The notes beneath the pieces were generated by a model. The model was not told where the DNA came from. It saw nothing but the letters and a program-made list of their open reading frames with translations, and did no database searches. A stretch of DNA of 64,000 nucleotides from an uncultured Thermoleophilia bacterium (GTDB lineage: Bacteria > Actinomycetota > Thermoleophilia > UBA2241): NCBI GenBank assembly GCA_963700035.1, contig CAVOWE010000018.1, forward strand, positions 32,731 to 96,730. Reading direction: 5' to 3'. The position numbers were made by a program, and so were the translations under genes. This document shows, in pieces, positions 51,896 to 62,121 of the stretch (position 1 is its first letter; each line of letters begins with the position of its first letter).

Positions 51896-54532
51896 GTGAC
51901 GGCCTCGTCCACCACAGGCACCTACGGCTCCGCCGAACGACGGCACCCGCGACTGGTACGGCGCACCGCCTGGCTGCGGCGCCATTCCGTGGGGGTCGCA
52001 GTGACGGCCGCCGTCCTCATCGCCGTCGTCTTCTTCCTCGACGCCGGCGTTCATCCCGTGACCATGGCCGGGTTCTACCTCGTGCCGCTCACGTTGCTGG
52101 CCCTGTCGGCGCAAGAGCGGCTCGTGGCCGCGGCGGGCATCATCTGCGGCCTGCTCACCGTGCTGGTCATGGTCTGGCAGGACACGCTGACGGCGAGCTA
52201 CCTCTTCAACCTGCTCTACGGGGGGCTCGCCGGCGTCAGCCTCATCATCCTCGCCTATCTCATCCGCCGCCTGTCCACGATCAGCGACTACGCCACGCTG
52301 CGCGCCCAGCTGTCCGAGGCGGGCGCGGACATCCTCACGAGCGGAGGCACGCGCGACGACCTCGACGAGCTGCTCGAGTACGCCCTGGAGCATCTCGGCG
52401 AGCAGCTCGACGCCACCGCCGGCGTGCTCCTGCTCCTCGAGGACGGCTACTGGCAGGGACGCGCCGGGTTCGGCCTCGGCGTGGATGCTCGTGAGATCGC
52501 CGCGGAGTACGGTGACATGGCGCTGTCCGCAGAAGCCTTGAGCACAGAGACGACCGTGGCCCGTGACCTGACCGGCGGCGACCCTGCGCCGGGCCCGCTC
52601 TCCGAGCGTCTGCGCCTCGAGCGCGTGCTGGTCGTGCCCATGCGGGCTCTCGACCGCGAGGTCGGCGTGCTCGTGTACAACCGCCCGCAGGCGAGTGGCG
52701 ATTTCGATCACGAGCAGGTGAGCCTGGCAGAGTACGTCGCCCGCTATCTGGGCGTCGCCGTGGACAACATGCGCCTGATGCTCGAGCTCGGGGCCAAGCG
52801 CCGCGACCTCGAGCTGGTGCGCGACTCGAGCCTCGACTTCGCCCAGAGCCTCGACATGACCGAGGTGCTCGAGGCGGTCGTCACGCGGCTCCTCGACGCC
52901 CTCAGTATGCACGCCTGCGACGTGTACGAGGTAGATCTGGACGCCGGTGTCCTGCGGGTCCTCGTGAGCTTCGACGACCTGGCGTTCGACGAGGAAGAAT
53001 GGATCGGGCGCGAGCTGCCGCTGGACCACTTCGCGGCCAGCGCCCTGGCCGTCGAAAGCCGCCGGCCCGTGCTCGTGACGTCGCTGGACGATCCGCGGCT
53101 CAACGACGCCGAACGGGAGCTGCTCGGGAGACTCGGACACCAGACCCAGCTCAGCATCCCGCTGCGCATCCGCGATCGCGTGATCGCCTTGGTCGAGCTG
53201 TTCGACCGGGAGCCTCGCCACCTCAGCGACGAGGAGATCGATCTGGCGCGCACCATCTGCCGGTTCGCCGCTCTGGCCGTCGAAAAGGCGAGGCTGTACG
53301 ACCGGCAGCGCGTGACCGCCGAGCGGAGCGACCGGCTGGCGCGGCGCCTGCAGCGCCTGCAGTCGTTCGCCGTCGACCTCAACCGGCGCCTCGACCGCGC
53401 CGGCCTCCAGGATGTGCTCGACGAGGTCGCCCACGCGGCGCTCGACCTGCTGCACGTGCGCACGGCCGCCGTCCTCAGCGGTTCCGGCGAGTATCTCGCC
53501 GCCCGCTCGCTCGCCCTGGCGGGCGAGGTCTCGCCGGCCCGCGCCGCTGCGCTCGAGAGCGAGCTCCTGGAGCGCTGCCGGGAGGCCCTCGCGGCGCCGG
53601 GCGACGAGACCATGGCCGGCGGCGGGCTCGTCACGGTCGCCGTGGTGCAGAGCGACGGCCTCCTGTTCGCGCCCCTCGAGAGCGAGGCCCCGCAGCAGGC
53701 GTCGACCCTCGTGGTCGCCGACAAACACGACGGGGAGTTCGACGACGAGGACCGCCTGCTCGTGGCGACCCTCGGGGCGCAGCTCAGCGCGAGTCTCCAC
53801 AACGCCACGGCCTACCAGCGCGAGCATGCCATCGCCGAGACCTTCCAGCAGGCGCTGCTCATGGCACCGCCGGCGATCCCCGGGATCGACGTCGGGGTGC
53901 GCTACCGGGCGGCGACCGACACGGCCCGCGTGGGCGGCGACTTCTACGATCTGGTGACTCTGGGGCCGGGCCGCCTGATGGTCATCGTCGGCGACGTCTG
54001 CGGCAAGAGCTTGAGCGCCGCGGCGCAATCGGCCGTCGTGAGGTACATGCTGCGCGCCTACGCCGCCGAGGGATCGCCGGGAGAGGCGCTCTCCCGGCTC
54101 AACGCGGCGGTCATCGCGCAGACTCCCGACCAGCCGTTCGTGACCCTGGTCGTGGCCTACATCGACGTGGCGCGGCACATGTTCGAATACGCGGTGGCCG
54201 GCCATCCGCGGCCCATCGTCCTGGCCGGCCACGGCCGCTTCCCCATCCCCGGCGAGGGCAACGTGCCGGTGGGCATCTTCCGCGGCGCCGTGTACCCCAC
54301 GAATCGTGCGATCCTGCCCGACGACACGTGCGTGGTGCTGTACACCGACGGCATCACCGACGCGCGCATCGATGGATCGTTGTTCGGCGAGGCCCGGCTG
54401 CACGAGACCGTGCTGCAGCACCTCGGCCTGCCCGCTCAAGGACTGGCCGACATCATCCTCGAGACCGTCAAGGACTACGCCGGCGGCGTGCTCGCCGACG
54501 ACTGTGCGGTGGTGACGATCAGGTTGCCGTGA
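51896..54532 (+). CDS. Membrane-anchored multi-GAF PP2C/SpoIIE-family serine phosphatase
   Basis: 878-aa uninterrupted ORF with N-terminal TM segments, repeated GAF-like regions and a C-terminal PP2C (VGGDFYDLV, VIVGDVCGKSLSAA, VLYTDGITD). Confidence 0.85.
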   Translation: MTASSTTGTYGSAERRHPRLVRRTAWLRRHSVGVAVTAAVLIAVVFFLDAGVHPVTMAGFYLVPLTLLALSAQERLVAAAGIICGLLTVLVMVWQDTLTASYLFNLLYGGLAGVSLIILAYLIRRLSTISDYATLRAQLSEAGADILTSGGTRDDLDELLEYALEHLGEQLDATAGVLLLLEDGYWQGRAGFGLGVDAREIAAEYGDMALSAEALSTETTVARDLTGGDPAPGPLSERLRLERVLVVPMRALDREVGVLVYNRPQASGDFDHEQVSLAEYVARYLGVAVDNMRLMLELGAKRRDLELVRDSSLDFAQSLDMTEVLEAVVTRLLDALSMHACDVYEVDLDAGVLRVLVSFDDLAFDEEEWIGRELPLDHFAASALAVESRRPVLVTSLDDPRLNDAERELLGRLGHQTQLSIPLRIRDRVIALVELFDREPRHLSDEEIDLARTICRFAALAVEKARLYDRQRVTAERSDRLARRLQRLQSFAVDLNRRLDRAGLQDVLDEVAHAALDLLHVRTAAVLSGSGEYLAARSLALAGEVSPARAAALESELLERCREALAAPGDETMAGGGLVTVAVVQSDGLLFAPLESEAPQQASTLVVADKHDGEFDDEDRLLVATLGAQLSASLHNATAYQREHAIAETFQQALLMAPPAIPGIDVGVRYRAATDTARVGGDFYDLVTLGPGRLMVIVGDVCGKSLSAAAQSAVVRYMLRAYAAEGSPGEALSRLNAAVIAQTPDQPFVTLVVAYIDVARHMFEYAVAGHPRPIVLAGHGRFPIPGEGNVPVGIFRGAVYPTNRAILPDDTCVVLYTDGITDARIDGSLFGEARLHETVLQHLGLPAQGLADIILETVKDYAGGVLADDCAVVTIRLP

Positions 54533-54556
54533 GGGGCGGGGCTTCGCCGCGCGCCG

Positions 54557-55834
54557 TCAGCCGTCGCTGACGACGGTGGCCATCGCGTCGGCCACGGCGA
54601 GCACGCGAGCCCGGCGGCCGAGGCGCGCCTCGGCCGCGCCGACGGCCGCGTCGACGGAGTCGAACGCGGCCACTCCGAGGGGTTCGAGAAAGCCGCGGTC
54701 CGTGGCGCCGACCACGGCCAGACGGAAGCGCTCCAGTACGCGGGCGACGACGAAGGCGCGCTGGCCTCCGGGGCCGAGCGGCTCGCGCAGCCCTCGCGCG
54801 ACGAGCTCGGCCGGCGACGCTGCCGCGGCAAGGACGTCGGCGAAGTTACGCTCGCCGGGACCGTCGCCGGCGCCGCCCGGCAGGTCGGCGCACAGCACGA
54901 GCAGCCCGCCGTCGGTCAAGGCCGGGCCGTCGGCGAGGCCGATGTAGGTCGCCGCGCGGCTGGCCTGATAGAAGTCGCGGCTCTTGGGCGCGTGCACGCC
55001 GGCGACGATGACGTCGAACGGGCCGTCCACGGTGCGCAGCCAGGCGTGGCCGTGCGCGCGCGCCAGCAGGGCCTGGGCGGCCGTCGGGTCGCCGGCGGTC
55101 ACACTGACGGCCTCTCGGCGCTCGTTCATCACGACGTTGACGGCCCAGGCCAGGGGCGTGCGCGCGGCGATCTCGCGGAGAGTGTCATGGAAGGGGTTGC
55201 CGGCGAGACTTCCGACGGCGACGCCCGGTGAGATGAGGAACGCCGGGTCGTGCGTCCAGGCGATCGTCTCGTGGCCGGCGCAGCCGATGGCGACGCCTTT
55301 CACCCCACCCGAGAAGCCGGCGTAGAGGTGCGGCTCGACCACGCCCACGGTGACCGAGAGATCGGCCTCGGCCATGCGGCGCGCGACGTGCACCGGCGCG
55401 CCGCGCGAGGTCAGGCCGAGATCCGCGCACGGCGTCTCCAACCCCTGCGCATCCTCGATCCTGACGCGACGGGCTGCGGGCGCCCCGGCGAGGCTCTCCC
55501 GCTCGCTCGCCGAGGTGGTGCGGTGGAGGCCGCAGCCCACCACCACCGTCACGCCGTCGTCGGGGACGCCGGCGTGGTGGAGCTCGCCGAGCAGGTGCTC
55601 GAGAATGGCGGGGCTGGGGCAGGGGCGCGAAGCGTCGCAGATGGTCACGGCCACCGTGCGGGCGCCGCGCGCCAGCCGGCGCAGGCGCGGCGCCGCCACG
55701 GGGGCGGCCAGAGCGCGCTCCACAGCACGGTCGAGGTCATCGACGCGCGCCAGGGGGGCAGGCGGTTCGAAAGCGTCGGCGCGGGGGACCGGCAGTCGGT
55801 CCGCGCCGCAGAAGACCCAGGGCACGCCGGTCAC
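54557..55834 (-). CDS. LarA-like (lactate racemase N-terminal domain / DUF2088) protein
   Basis: VAVTICDASRPCP, VVVGCGLHR and EPHLYAGFSGGVKGVAIG are present. The start was placed at the GTG at 55834, which overlaps (GTGA) the stop of the upstream small membrane ORF. The ORF track extends to 55894. Confidence 0.75.
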   Translation of the reverse strand: MTGVPWVFCGADRLPVPRADAFEPPAPLARVDDLDRAVERALAAPVAAPRLRRLARGARTVAVTICDASRPCPSPAILEHLLGELHHAGVPDDGVTVVVGCGLHRTTSASERESLAGAPAARRVRIEDAQGLETPCADLGLTSRGAPVHVARRMAEADLSVTVGVVEPHLYAGFSGGVKGVAIGCAGHETIAWTHDPAFLISPGVAVGSLAGNPFHDTLREIAARTPLAWAVNVVMNERREAVSVTAGDPTAAQALLARAHGHAWLRTVDGPFDVIVAGVHAPKSRDFYQASRAATYIGLADGPALTDGGLLVLCADLPGGAGDGPGERNFADVLAAAASPAELVARGLREPLGPGGQRAFVVARVLERFRLAVVGATDRGFLEPLGVAAFDSVDAAVGAAEARLGRRARVLAVADAMATVVSDG

Positions 55835-56091
55835 GCCGGCGGCTCTCTGTCCTGCGGCGCGGTTGCGGCCATGGCGGCCCCCGCGCGCCACCACAAGCCG
55901 AGCATGATGAGGACGCCGGCGAGCGGCACGAGGGCGGCGAAGAAACCGACCACCAGCCAGTTGAGCAGGTCGCCGGCGGTCTTGCGCGCCGCGAAGTACC
56001 CGAGCAGCATACAGATCACCATCTGGGGGCCGAGCGCATAGAAGTACCAGCCGGTCTCGAAGGCGATCCAGCCCAGGCTTGCGACGGTCAT
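55831..56091 (-). CDS. Small membrane protein (86 aa, 2-3 TM)
   Basis: MTVASLGWIAFETGWYFYALGPQMVICMLLGYF... ATGA overlap with the PafBC-like stop and GTGA overlap with the LarA-like start. Confidence 0.55.
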   Translation of the reverse strand: MTVASLGWIAFETGWYFYALGPQMVICMLLGYFAARKTAGDLLNWLVVGFFAALVPLAGVLIMLGLWWRAGAAMAATAPQDREPPA

Positions 56092-58160
56092 CGTCCGTAC
56101 ACGGCCAGCAGGCGCCGGACCGTCGCCTGCAGATCGGCGACCGCCTCCGGTGGCGCTATCGGGCGCGCCTGGTCGGCGAAGCGCAGCAGGTGATGCGAGA
56201 GCCAGCTCTCGTCCACGTAGGGTTGCGCGGCGAGGCACGAGCCGTCCGCAAGCGGTCGCACCGGCTGGCGTTCGGCGATCCAGCGGTGCACCGCCGGGCT
56301 GTACCAGACGGTTGCGGTCCTGGGCGCGTAGCTCCCCGAGGCGGGGATGCCCTCTCGTCGGTAGAGCTCAAGCTGCACGTCGGGTCGCGGCTCGAAGCGC
56401 TCGTCGAGCAGCCGCGCCGTCTTGGTGGTGGCTACGCGGAACACGCGTGTGCCGGTGGCGGTCCGGCACCAGCAGACGTAGTACCACTCACCGCGGCTGT
56501 GGACGAGCAGGTAGGGCTCGACGGTGCGCCGGCCGATCCGCTCGGTGCCCTCGGTCCAGTACTCGATCTCCAGCAGGCGGCGCGCGACGATGGCCGTGTT
56601 GACGGCGTCGAGTACGTCGTCGGCGGGCAGCAGGAGGTCGCCGCCCAGCAGGGCCGGCGAGCCGTCCCAGCGCGCCTGCCGCAGCTTCTCCGCGGCGCTC
56701 GCGAGAGCCGTACCCGAGGCCGTGGGGAGCTGGCCGCCGACGAGCTCGACGGCGAGGAGCAGCGTGTCGGCCTGCAGCGGCGAGAGCCGCGCCGGCCGCG
56801 TGAAGGCGGGGCCGGCCAGGTCACAGTACACCCTGAGCTTGCCGCGGCCCTCGTACTCGGCGTAGAGCAGCGCGCCGTCGGCGCCGAAGTTGACCAGGTT
56901 GAGGAGCCGGACGTCGGCGCGCAGCTCCTCGGCCGAGACCCCGAGAGCGGCGCGAATGGCGGCGACGTCGAGCAGCGCTTCGTCGTCGCCGCAGCTCTGC
57001 AGAAGATAGGTGGTGAGCGCCGTGAGGCGCGTGAAGCGGTCGACCTCCACGCGCCAGTCCGTGGCAGGGCGCCGCCGGCGCCCGCCGGCGGCCGCGACGC
57101 GGCCGGCGGGGGCCGGCGGCGCCGGCGGCGGGTCCGCGTCGAGCAGGTCGTCGAGGCGGCGGAGCTGCGCCGCCAGCTGCTCGCGCAGCTCGGCCGGCTC
57201 CAGGAGCTCCGCCGCCTCGGCCAGTCCGAGCAGCCAGCCGAGGAGGGGCCGCGCGTCCGCGTAGGGCGTGCTGTAGACGATGCCGCCGTCCTCCCGGCGC
57301 TGGATGGCGCCGCAGTGCCCCCAGTGCGCCTCGACCCACCAGGCCATCTGGGGCGCGATGCGGATGCGCGCCGTGCCCGTCGGCTTCGCCAGCCGCCAGG
57401 CCGGCCGATCGCGGTAGGCGCCGATGTCGAAGCCGTCCGGCGCCTCGAAGTCGTGCGGTGCGCGCGTGGCGTGGGTGACCCGGGAACGGATGCGAGAGAG
57501 GCGGAAGGTGCGCTCGGCCCGGCGCAGGTGGCACCAGCCGATCAGGTACCACTCGCCGGCGACCAGCTGCAGCCCGTAGGGGTCGACCGTGCGTTCGAGC
57601 TCCTGGTCGCGGCCGATGGCGTAGTACGCGAAGCGGACGGTCTTGCGTTCCGCGATCGCCGCCTGCAGCTTGGGCAGCACGGTCGCCGGGGCGGCCGTCT
57701 CCGGCACGACCGTCAGCGGCGGGACCTCGGCGTCGGTGACGAGCTCGGGACGCCCCTGGGCCAGGCTGAGCAACGCCAGACGCAACGGCTGCGAGTAGGC
57801 GAAGCGGTCCTCGAGAACGGCGAGACACGTGGCCAGCGCGGTGAGCTCCTCGCCGCTCAACTCGACCGGCGGCAGGTAGTAGGCGTCGGCCGGCAGGCGA
57901 TAGAGCTCCGGGCCGCCGCCGGCGTCCTTCTCGGCGGCGATCTCGACGCCGAGCCCGGCGAGCTCCGTGCGGTCCTCGTAGAAGCGGCGCTTGAACGCGT
58001 CCTCGGTCATGGTCGGATAGCCCTCGACCCTGCGGCGGATCTCCTCGGCGCTCACCGGCTGGCCGCGGCGCGAGAGCAGAAGGGCGACCAACGAGAGGCG
58101 CCGCACCAGCTTGTCGGCGTCCTTGGAGAAGCCTTCCTCGCGGACTCTGCTGCTGCTCAT
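56088..58160 (-). CDS. Fused PafB-PafC-like regulator (two HTH-WYL-WCX modules in one 690-aa chain)
   Basis: There are two WYL cores (GEWYLIGWCHLRRAERTFRLSRI and GEWYYVCWCRTATGTRVFRVATT), each preceded by an HTH-like region. The first half starts KLVRRLSLVALLLSRRGQPVSAEEI. Confidence 0.8.
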   Translation of the reverse strand: MSSSRVREEGFSKDADKLVRRLSLVALLLSRRGQPVSAEEIRRRVEGYPTMTEDAFKRRFYEDRTELAGLGVEIAAEKDAGGGPELYRLPADAYYLPPVELSGEELTALATCLAVLEDRFAYSQPLRLALLSLAQGRPELVTDAEVPPLTVVPETAAPATVLPKLQAAIAERKTVRFAYYAIGRDQELERTVDPYGLQLVAGEWYLIGWCHLRRAERTFRLSRIRSRVTHATRAPHDFEAPDGFDIGAYRDRPAWRLAKPTGTARIRIAPQMAWWVEAHWGHCGAIQRREDGGIVYSTPYADARPLLGWLLGLAEAAELLEPAELREQLAAQLRRLDDLLDADPPPAPPAPAGRVAAAGGRRRRPATDWRVEVDRFTRLTALTTYLLQSCGDDEALLDVAAIRAALGVSAEELRADVRLLNLVNFGADGALLYAEYEGRGKLRVYCDLAGPAFTRPARLSPLQADTLLLAVELVGGQLPTASGTALASAAEKLRQARWDGSPALLGGDLLLPADDVLDAVNTAIVARRLLEIEYWTEGTERIGRRTVEPYLLVHSRGEWYYVCWCRTATGTRVFRVATTKTARLLDERFEPRPDVQLELYRREGIPASGSYAPRTATVWYSPAVHRWIAERQPVRPLADGSCLAAQPYVDESWLSHHLLRFADQARPIAPPEAVADLQATVRRLLAVYGR

Positions 58161-58284
58161 CGGCGGCGCTCCGGCGGTAGACGGTGAGGCGCGGGCGGCG
58201 GCTGCGCCGCCCGCGCCTCATGCTACCTCAGTCCGCGCCGCGGGCGGGAGCCGCCGCGCCCCGTCTCGTCACGCGGCTCGCCGT

Positions 58285-59751
58285 CTACCGCGCGGCGGCC
58301 TCCCTCGCCGCCGCGGCGATGATCGCGTCGAACTCGGCGCCGAGGTCGGCGGGGAACGGCACGGGATCGGCGGCCAGGATCTCGGCGACGCGCTCCTGCG
58401 CCTTCTCCGTCGTGCTCTTCGCGCCGGCGTTCTTCCAGCCGTCGTAGCTGCCGGTCTCGCCAAGCTTGGCCTGCCACAGCTCGCGCACGTGCGCGCGGGT
58501 GTGGTCGTCGAAGAGGTAGTTGCCGTTGAAGCCCATCTTCTTGATGAGGTCGACGGCCAGCGTCTCCTCGCTCACCTCGATGCCGGAGAGGATGCGCTTG
58601 ACCATGCCGATGATCTCGTCGTCGACGACCATGTTCTCGAGGCACAGGATGCGCGAGCCGTCGAGAAGGCCGGTGCCGAAGGTCACGTCGGCGCCGTTGG
58701 CGTAGGCCATGAACATCGCCAGCGCGTTCTCGTAGGCGCTCTGGATGCCGGGCTCCTTGGCGGTGGTGGCGCCGGCGCCGTACCAGGCGGGCACGCCGTA
58801 GAAGTCGGCCATGTGGCCCTGGCAGCTGCGCAGGAGCAGGGCCTCCGGCGAGTTGCTGGCGTAGGCGCCGCTCCGCATCTCCATGGCGGTCGGACCGCCG
58901 CCGTGGATCACCTTGGCGCCGGGGTGAGCGAGCTGCACCAGCGCGGCGCCGCTCAGGAACTCGGCGTTGGTGATGACTGCGGAGCCGGCGATGGTGATGG
59001 GGCCGGTCGCGCCGAGGATCGGCATGGGGTAGAAGCTCACCGGTATGCCGGCCTCGGCCAGCACCAGGGCGAGGTCCATGCCGAAGCGCTCCTGGTGGAG
59101 CGGGCTCACGGTGCAGATGATGGCCGTGAACATCGGCCGGCGCTTCAGCTCTTCAGCTGCCGCCGGCCAGGCACTCGGCCATCCTGATCAGGCTGCGCGC
59201 CTCCCAGTCTTCCTTGATCGACACGACGATGTTGTGCTTCTCGCTGTTGCGTACGCAGGCGTCGAACTCGTGCAGCACGCGCGTCTCGGGCGGGCAGTCC
59301 TGGGCACTGACCACGGCGCTCGTGGCGCTGACGTTGTCGAGCGCCTGCACGACCCTGGCGCAGTTCTCGAGGTCCTCCTTGCGTGACGAGCGCACCTCGC
59401 CCGTGTTCGGATCGCGAGAGAAGACGCCGCAGCCGTCCGAGCTGATGTAGACGTGCTCGCCGTCGAGCGGCAGGTCGTACTCGGGGTTGCGAGCGCCGAG
59501 GGTGAACTCGTGCGGCACGGTGCTCATCGCCTTCTCGACGACGGCGGCCGGGATCCTCGCCACCGTCGTCTTGCGGTCGACGGTGGCGCCGTTGGCCTCG
59601 AGGATGTCGAGGGCGGTCTGCGAGTGGAACTTGACGCCCACGCTCTCGATGACGTCGAGGGTGGCCTCGTGGATCTGGCTGCACCTCGTCCGGACGAGAG
59701 CAGGTCGAGCCTGACGCGCTTGCCGACGTAGCACTTGTCTGCGTAGGCCAT
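58285..59751 (-). pseudogene. MttB-superfamily methyltransferase paralogue (non-Pyl), downstream copy of a tandem pair, with three frame changes
   Basis: AAAGGAG RBS and an ATG at 59751 (MAYADKCYVGKRVRLDLLS). Two switches lie near 59703 and 59690 (…DEVQ…IHEATLDVIESVG) and one near 59160 (LAGG / AAEELKRRPMFTAIICTVSPLHQERFG). The stop codon is TAG. Confidence 0.8.
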
Positions 59752-59764
59752 CGGGTGGCTCCTT

Positions 59765-61225
59765 TCAGAAGCGGCCGGACTCGACCGCGGCGATGATGTC
59801 GTCGAACTCGCGGCCGAGCTCCTCGGGGAACTCGGACGCCGGGAGAGGCGAGGATGCCGTCGGCGACGGCCCGCGCCTTGTCTTCGAGGCACGGGCTGCC
59901 GGCGGCCCTCCAGCCGTCATAGGTGCCGGTCTCGCCGAGGCGCGCCTGCCAGAGCTCGCGCACGTGGGAGCGCGTGTGCTGCTCGAACAGGTAGTCGCCG
60001 CGGAAGCCCAGCTTCTTGATGAGGTCGACGGCCAGGTTCTCCCGGTCGACGGTGACGCCGCGCAACAGGCGCGTGACCATGCCGAACACCTCGTCGGCGA
60101 TGACCAGCTCCTCGAGGCTCATCTGCTGCACGCTGTCGAGGAGGCCGGCGCCGAAGAGGAAGTCCGCGCCGGCGGCCATCTCGAGCACCATGCCGAGCGT
60201 GTTCTCGTAGGCGGATTGCGCCTCGGGCTGCTTGGCCTTGGTGCCGCCCCAGCCGAGGCCGGCCGGCAGGCCGTAGAACCGCGCCATCTGTGCCTGCGCG
60301 GCGCGGAGCAGCAGAGCCTCGGGCACGTTGGCGAAGTAGGCCCCCGTGCGCATGAAGAGCGCCGTGGGGCCGCCGGCGTGCACGATCTTCGCGCCGGGGC
60401 AGGTGAGCTGCACCGCCGTGATGGCAGCGAGGATCTCGGTGTTGTTGACGACCGCCGTGCCGGCCGGCGTGACCGGCGCCGTGGCTCCGAGGATCGGCAT
60501 CGGGTAGAGCATCAGCGGGATGCCGGCCTCGGCGAGCTCGAAGGCCAGCTCCATGCCGAAGCGCTCCTGGTGGAGCGGGCTGACGGTGCAGAGGATGACC
60601 GAGAAGGTTGGCCGGGTCTTCAGCTCGGCTGAGCCGCCGGCCACCGCTGCGGCCATGCGGATCAGCGGCCGCGCCTCGGCCGCGTCCTTGATGCTCACGA
60701 CGATGCTGTGCTTGCGCGAGGCGCGCATGCAGGCGTCGAACTCGTGCAGGACGCGGGACTCCTCGGGGGTGTCCTGGGCCGAGACGAGCGCCGAGGTGGC
60801 CGAGAGATTGGTCAGACCGTCGACGACGCGGGCCGCGTCGAAGACGTCCTGCTTGACGCTCGGCCGCACCGTGCCGTCGGCGTCGCGGACGAAGGTGGCG
60901 CAGCCGTCGGAGGCGAGGTACACGTGCTCGCCGTCGAGCGGCAGGTCGAAATCGGGGCGTGCGCCCGCCGAGCGTGAAGCCGGCGGGCAGGGTCTCGAGC
61001 GCCTCGCTCGACGGCGCCGCCGGGAATGCGGGCCACCGTCGTCTCGCGGTCCACGGCGGCGCCGTGGGCCTCGAGCACGTCGAGAGCGCGCTGCGAGTGG
61101 AACATCACGCCGACGTCGGCCAGCACGTCGAGCGAGGCTTCGTGGATGCGCTCCACGTCTTCGGCCGAGAGTATCCTCAGCGGGCGCCGGCGGCCGACGA
61201 AGCGGCCCTCTGCGTGAGCGCTCAT
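59765..61225 (-). pseudogene. MttB-superfamily methyltransferase paralogue (non-Pyl), upstream copy of a tandem pair, with three frame changes
   Basis: AGGAGG RBS and an ATG at 61225 (MSAHAEGRFVGRRRPLRILSAEDVERIHEASLDVL). Switches lie near 61025, 60975 and 59850. It ends ...EFDDIIAAVESGRF-TGA at 59765. Confidence 0.8.
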
Positions 61226-61512
61226 GAGTCTCCTCCTGGGGTATCGGACTGCTCCCCGGTGATGAACTTCTTCGTCACCGAGGGCGAGGTGACGGCTCTC
61301 ACCAGAGCGTCGTAGTCCACGGCGAACGACACCGCGTCGCCGAGGCCGGCGCAGCCGGCCTCGAGCAGCGCCTGCCCGACGCGCGGCTCGCCGTCGACGC
61401 ACTTGGTGACGCCGACGAGGGCGAACCCTTCGCCGCGGAGCCGCGCGCCCAGCCGCCGGGGGTTCTCGGCGACTGCGTCGAGGTCGATAGTCAGCGTGGG
61501 GTGACCGTTCAT
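61222..61512 (-). CDS. 96-aa ORF resembling only the N-terminal ~60 residues of an alanine-racemase-fold (PLP) enzyme
   Basis: LTIDLDAVAENPRRLGARLRGEGFALVGVTKCVDGEPRVGQALLEAGCAGLGD parallels IEVDCERIRRNAAAVVAMCAARGIEVAGVTKGCCGEPQVARAILAGGVAQLAE of the full-length gene at 62122. Its ATGA overlap with the MttB paralogue start suggests translational coupling. Confidence 0.5.
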   Translation of the reverse strand: MNGHPTLTIDLDAVAENPRRLGARLRGEGFALVGVTKCVDGEPRVGQALLEAGCAGLGDAVSFAVDYDALVRAVTSPSVTKKFITGEQSDTPGGDS

Positions 61513-61959
61513 CCGGTCCGGTCTCCGGCGCGCTGACGGGGACGGCTGGGTGTGTCTGTGTACGGAGGTGTGCTCAAGGTCTTCCACCCGGTGTGGTCGT
61601 GGAGCCGGCGGTGAGCTCTCCGCGGGGTGACAGGCGTTTGGCCGCTGAACGGCCGGTACTCGTCGCGGTCGGGTCGCCGTCGCCGGCGTGATCGCACGGC
61701 GCGACCTCTGTCAGAACGCAGCGGAGACCGTCGCGCCGCGGCGAGAGGGGGCGGCTGCTAGAAGTCGTGGAACTTGCCGCCCGAGAAGGCGGCGCGGCGA
61801 TGGTCGTGGGGCTTGACGTCAGCCACTCGGTTCACGTGTCTCCCGTAGCCGGTGGGACGGAGCGCGGGAAGTATACTTCGGCCGCATCCGACAGAACAAG
61901 CGGGGAATACCGCGTGCCGGACGACGCTTCGCTGCTGCGCTGGGTCCCGGGGACTTCTC

Positions 61960-62118
61960 CTCCGCACTGCGAGGCTCGGCTGCGTGGGGCGGCTCATCGT
62001 GCTCCACGCCCTGCGTGGCTTCTACAACCCACACCGGTGGCGCTTGGCCCTGGGCTATGGCTCGCCAAGCCGGTGTGAGAGGATGCTACGCGACGATGAG
62101 GCTCCTCCTGCCGGGTGA
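61960..62118 (+). mobile_element. Probable remnant of the C-terminal end of a DDE (rve) transposase/integrase
   Basis: ORF 61852..62118 ends ...LHALRGFYNPHRWRLALGYGSPSRCE. This resembles the conserved FYN-x-R-H-x-ALGY-x-SP end of IS3/IS481-type transposases. No catalytic core and no inverted repeats were seen. Confidence 0.35.
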
Positions 62119-62121
62119 CAG

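Noticed and set aside
61758-61997. The 79-aa minus-strand ORF ending ...GRHVNRVADVKPHDHRRAAFSGGKFHDF as a real small gene.
   Set aside because: Only the last ~30 residues look protein-like. I found no RBS and no family I can name. It lies in the putative rearrangement scar, so I left it unannotated.
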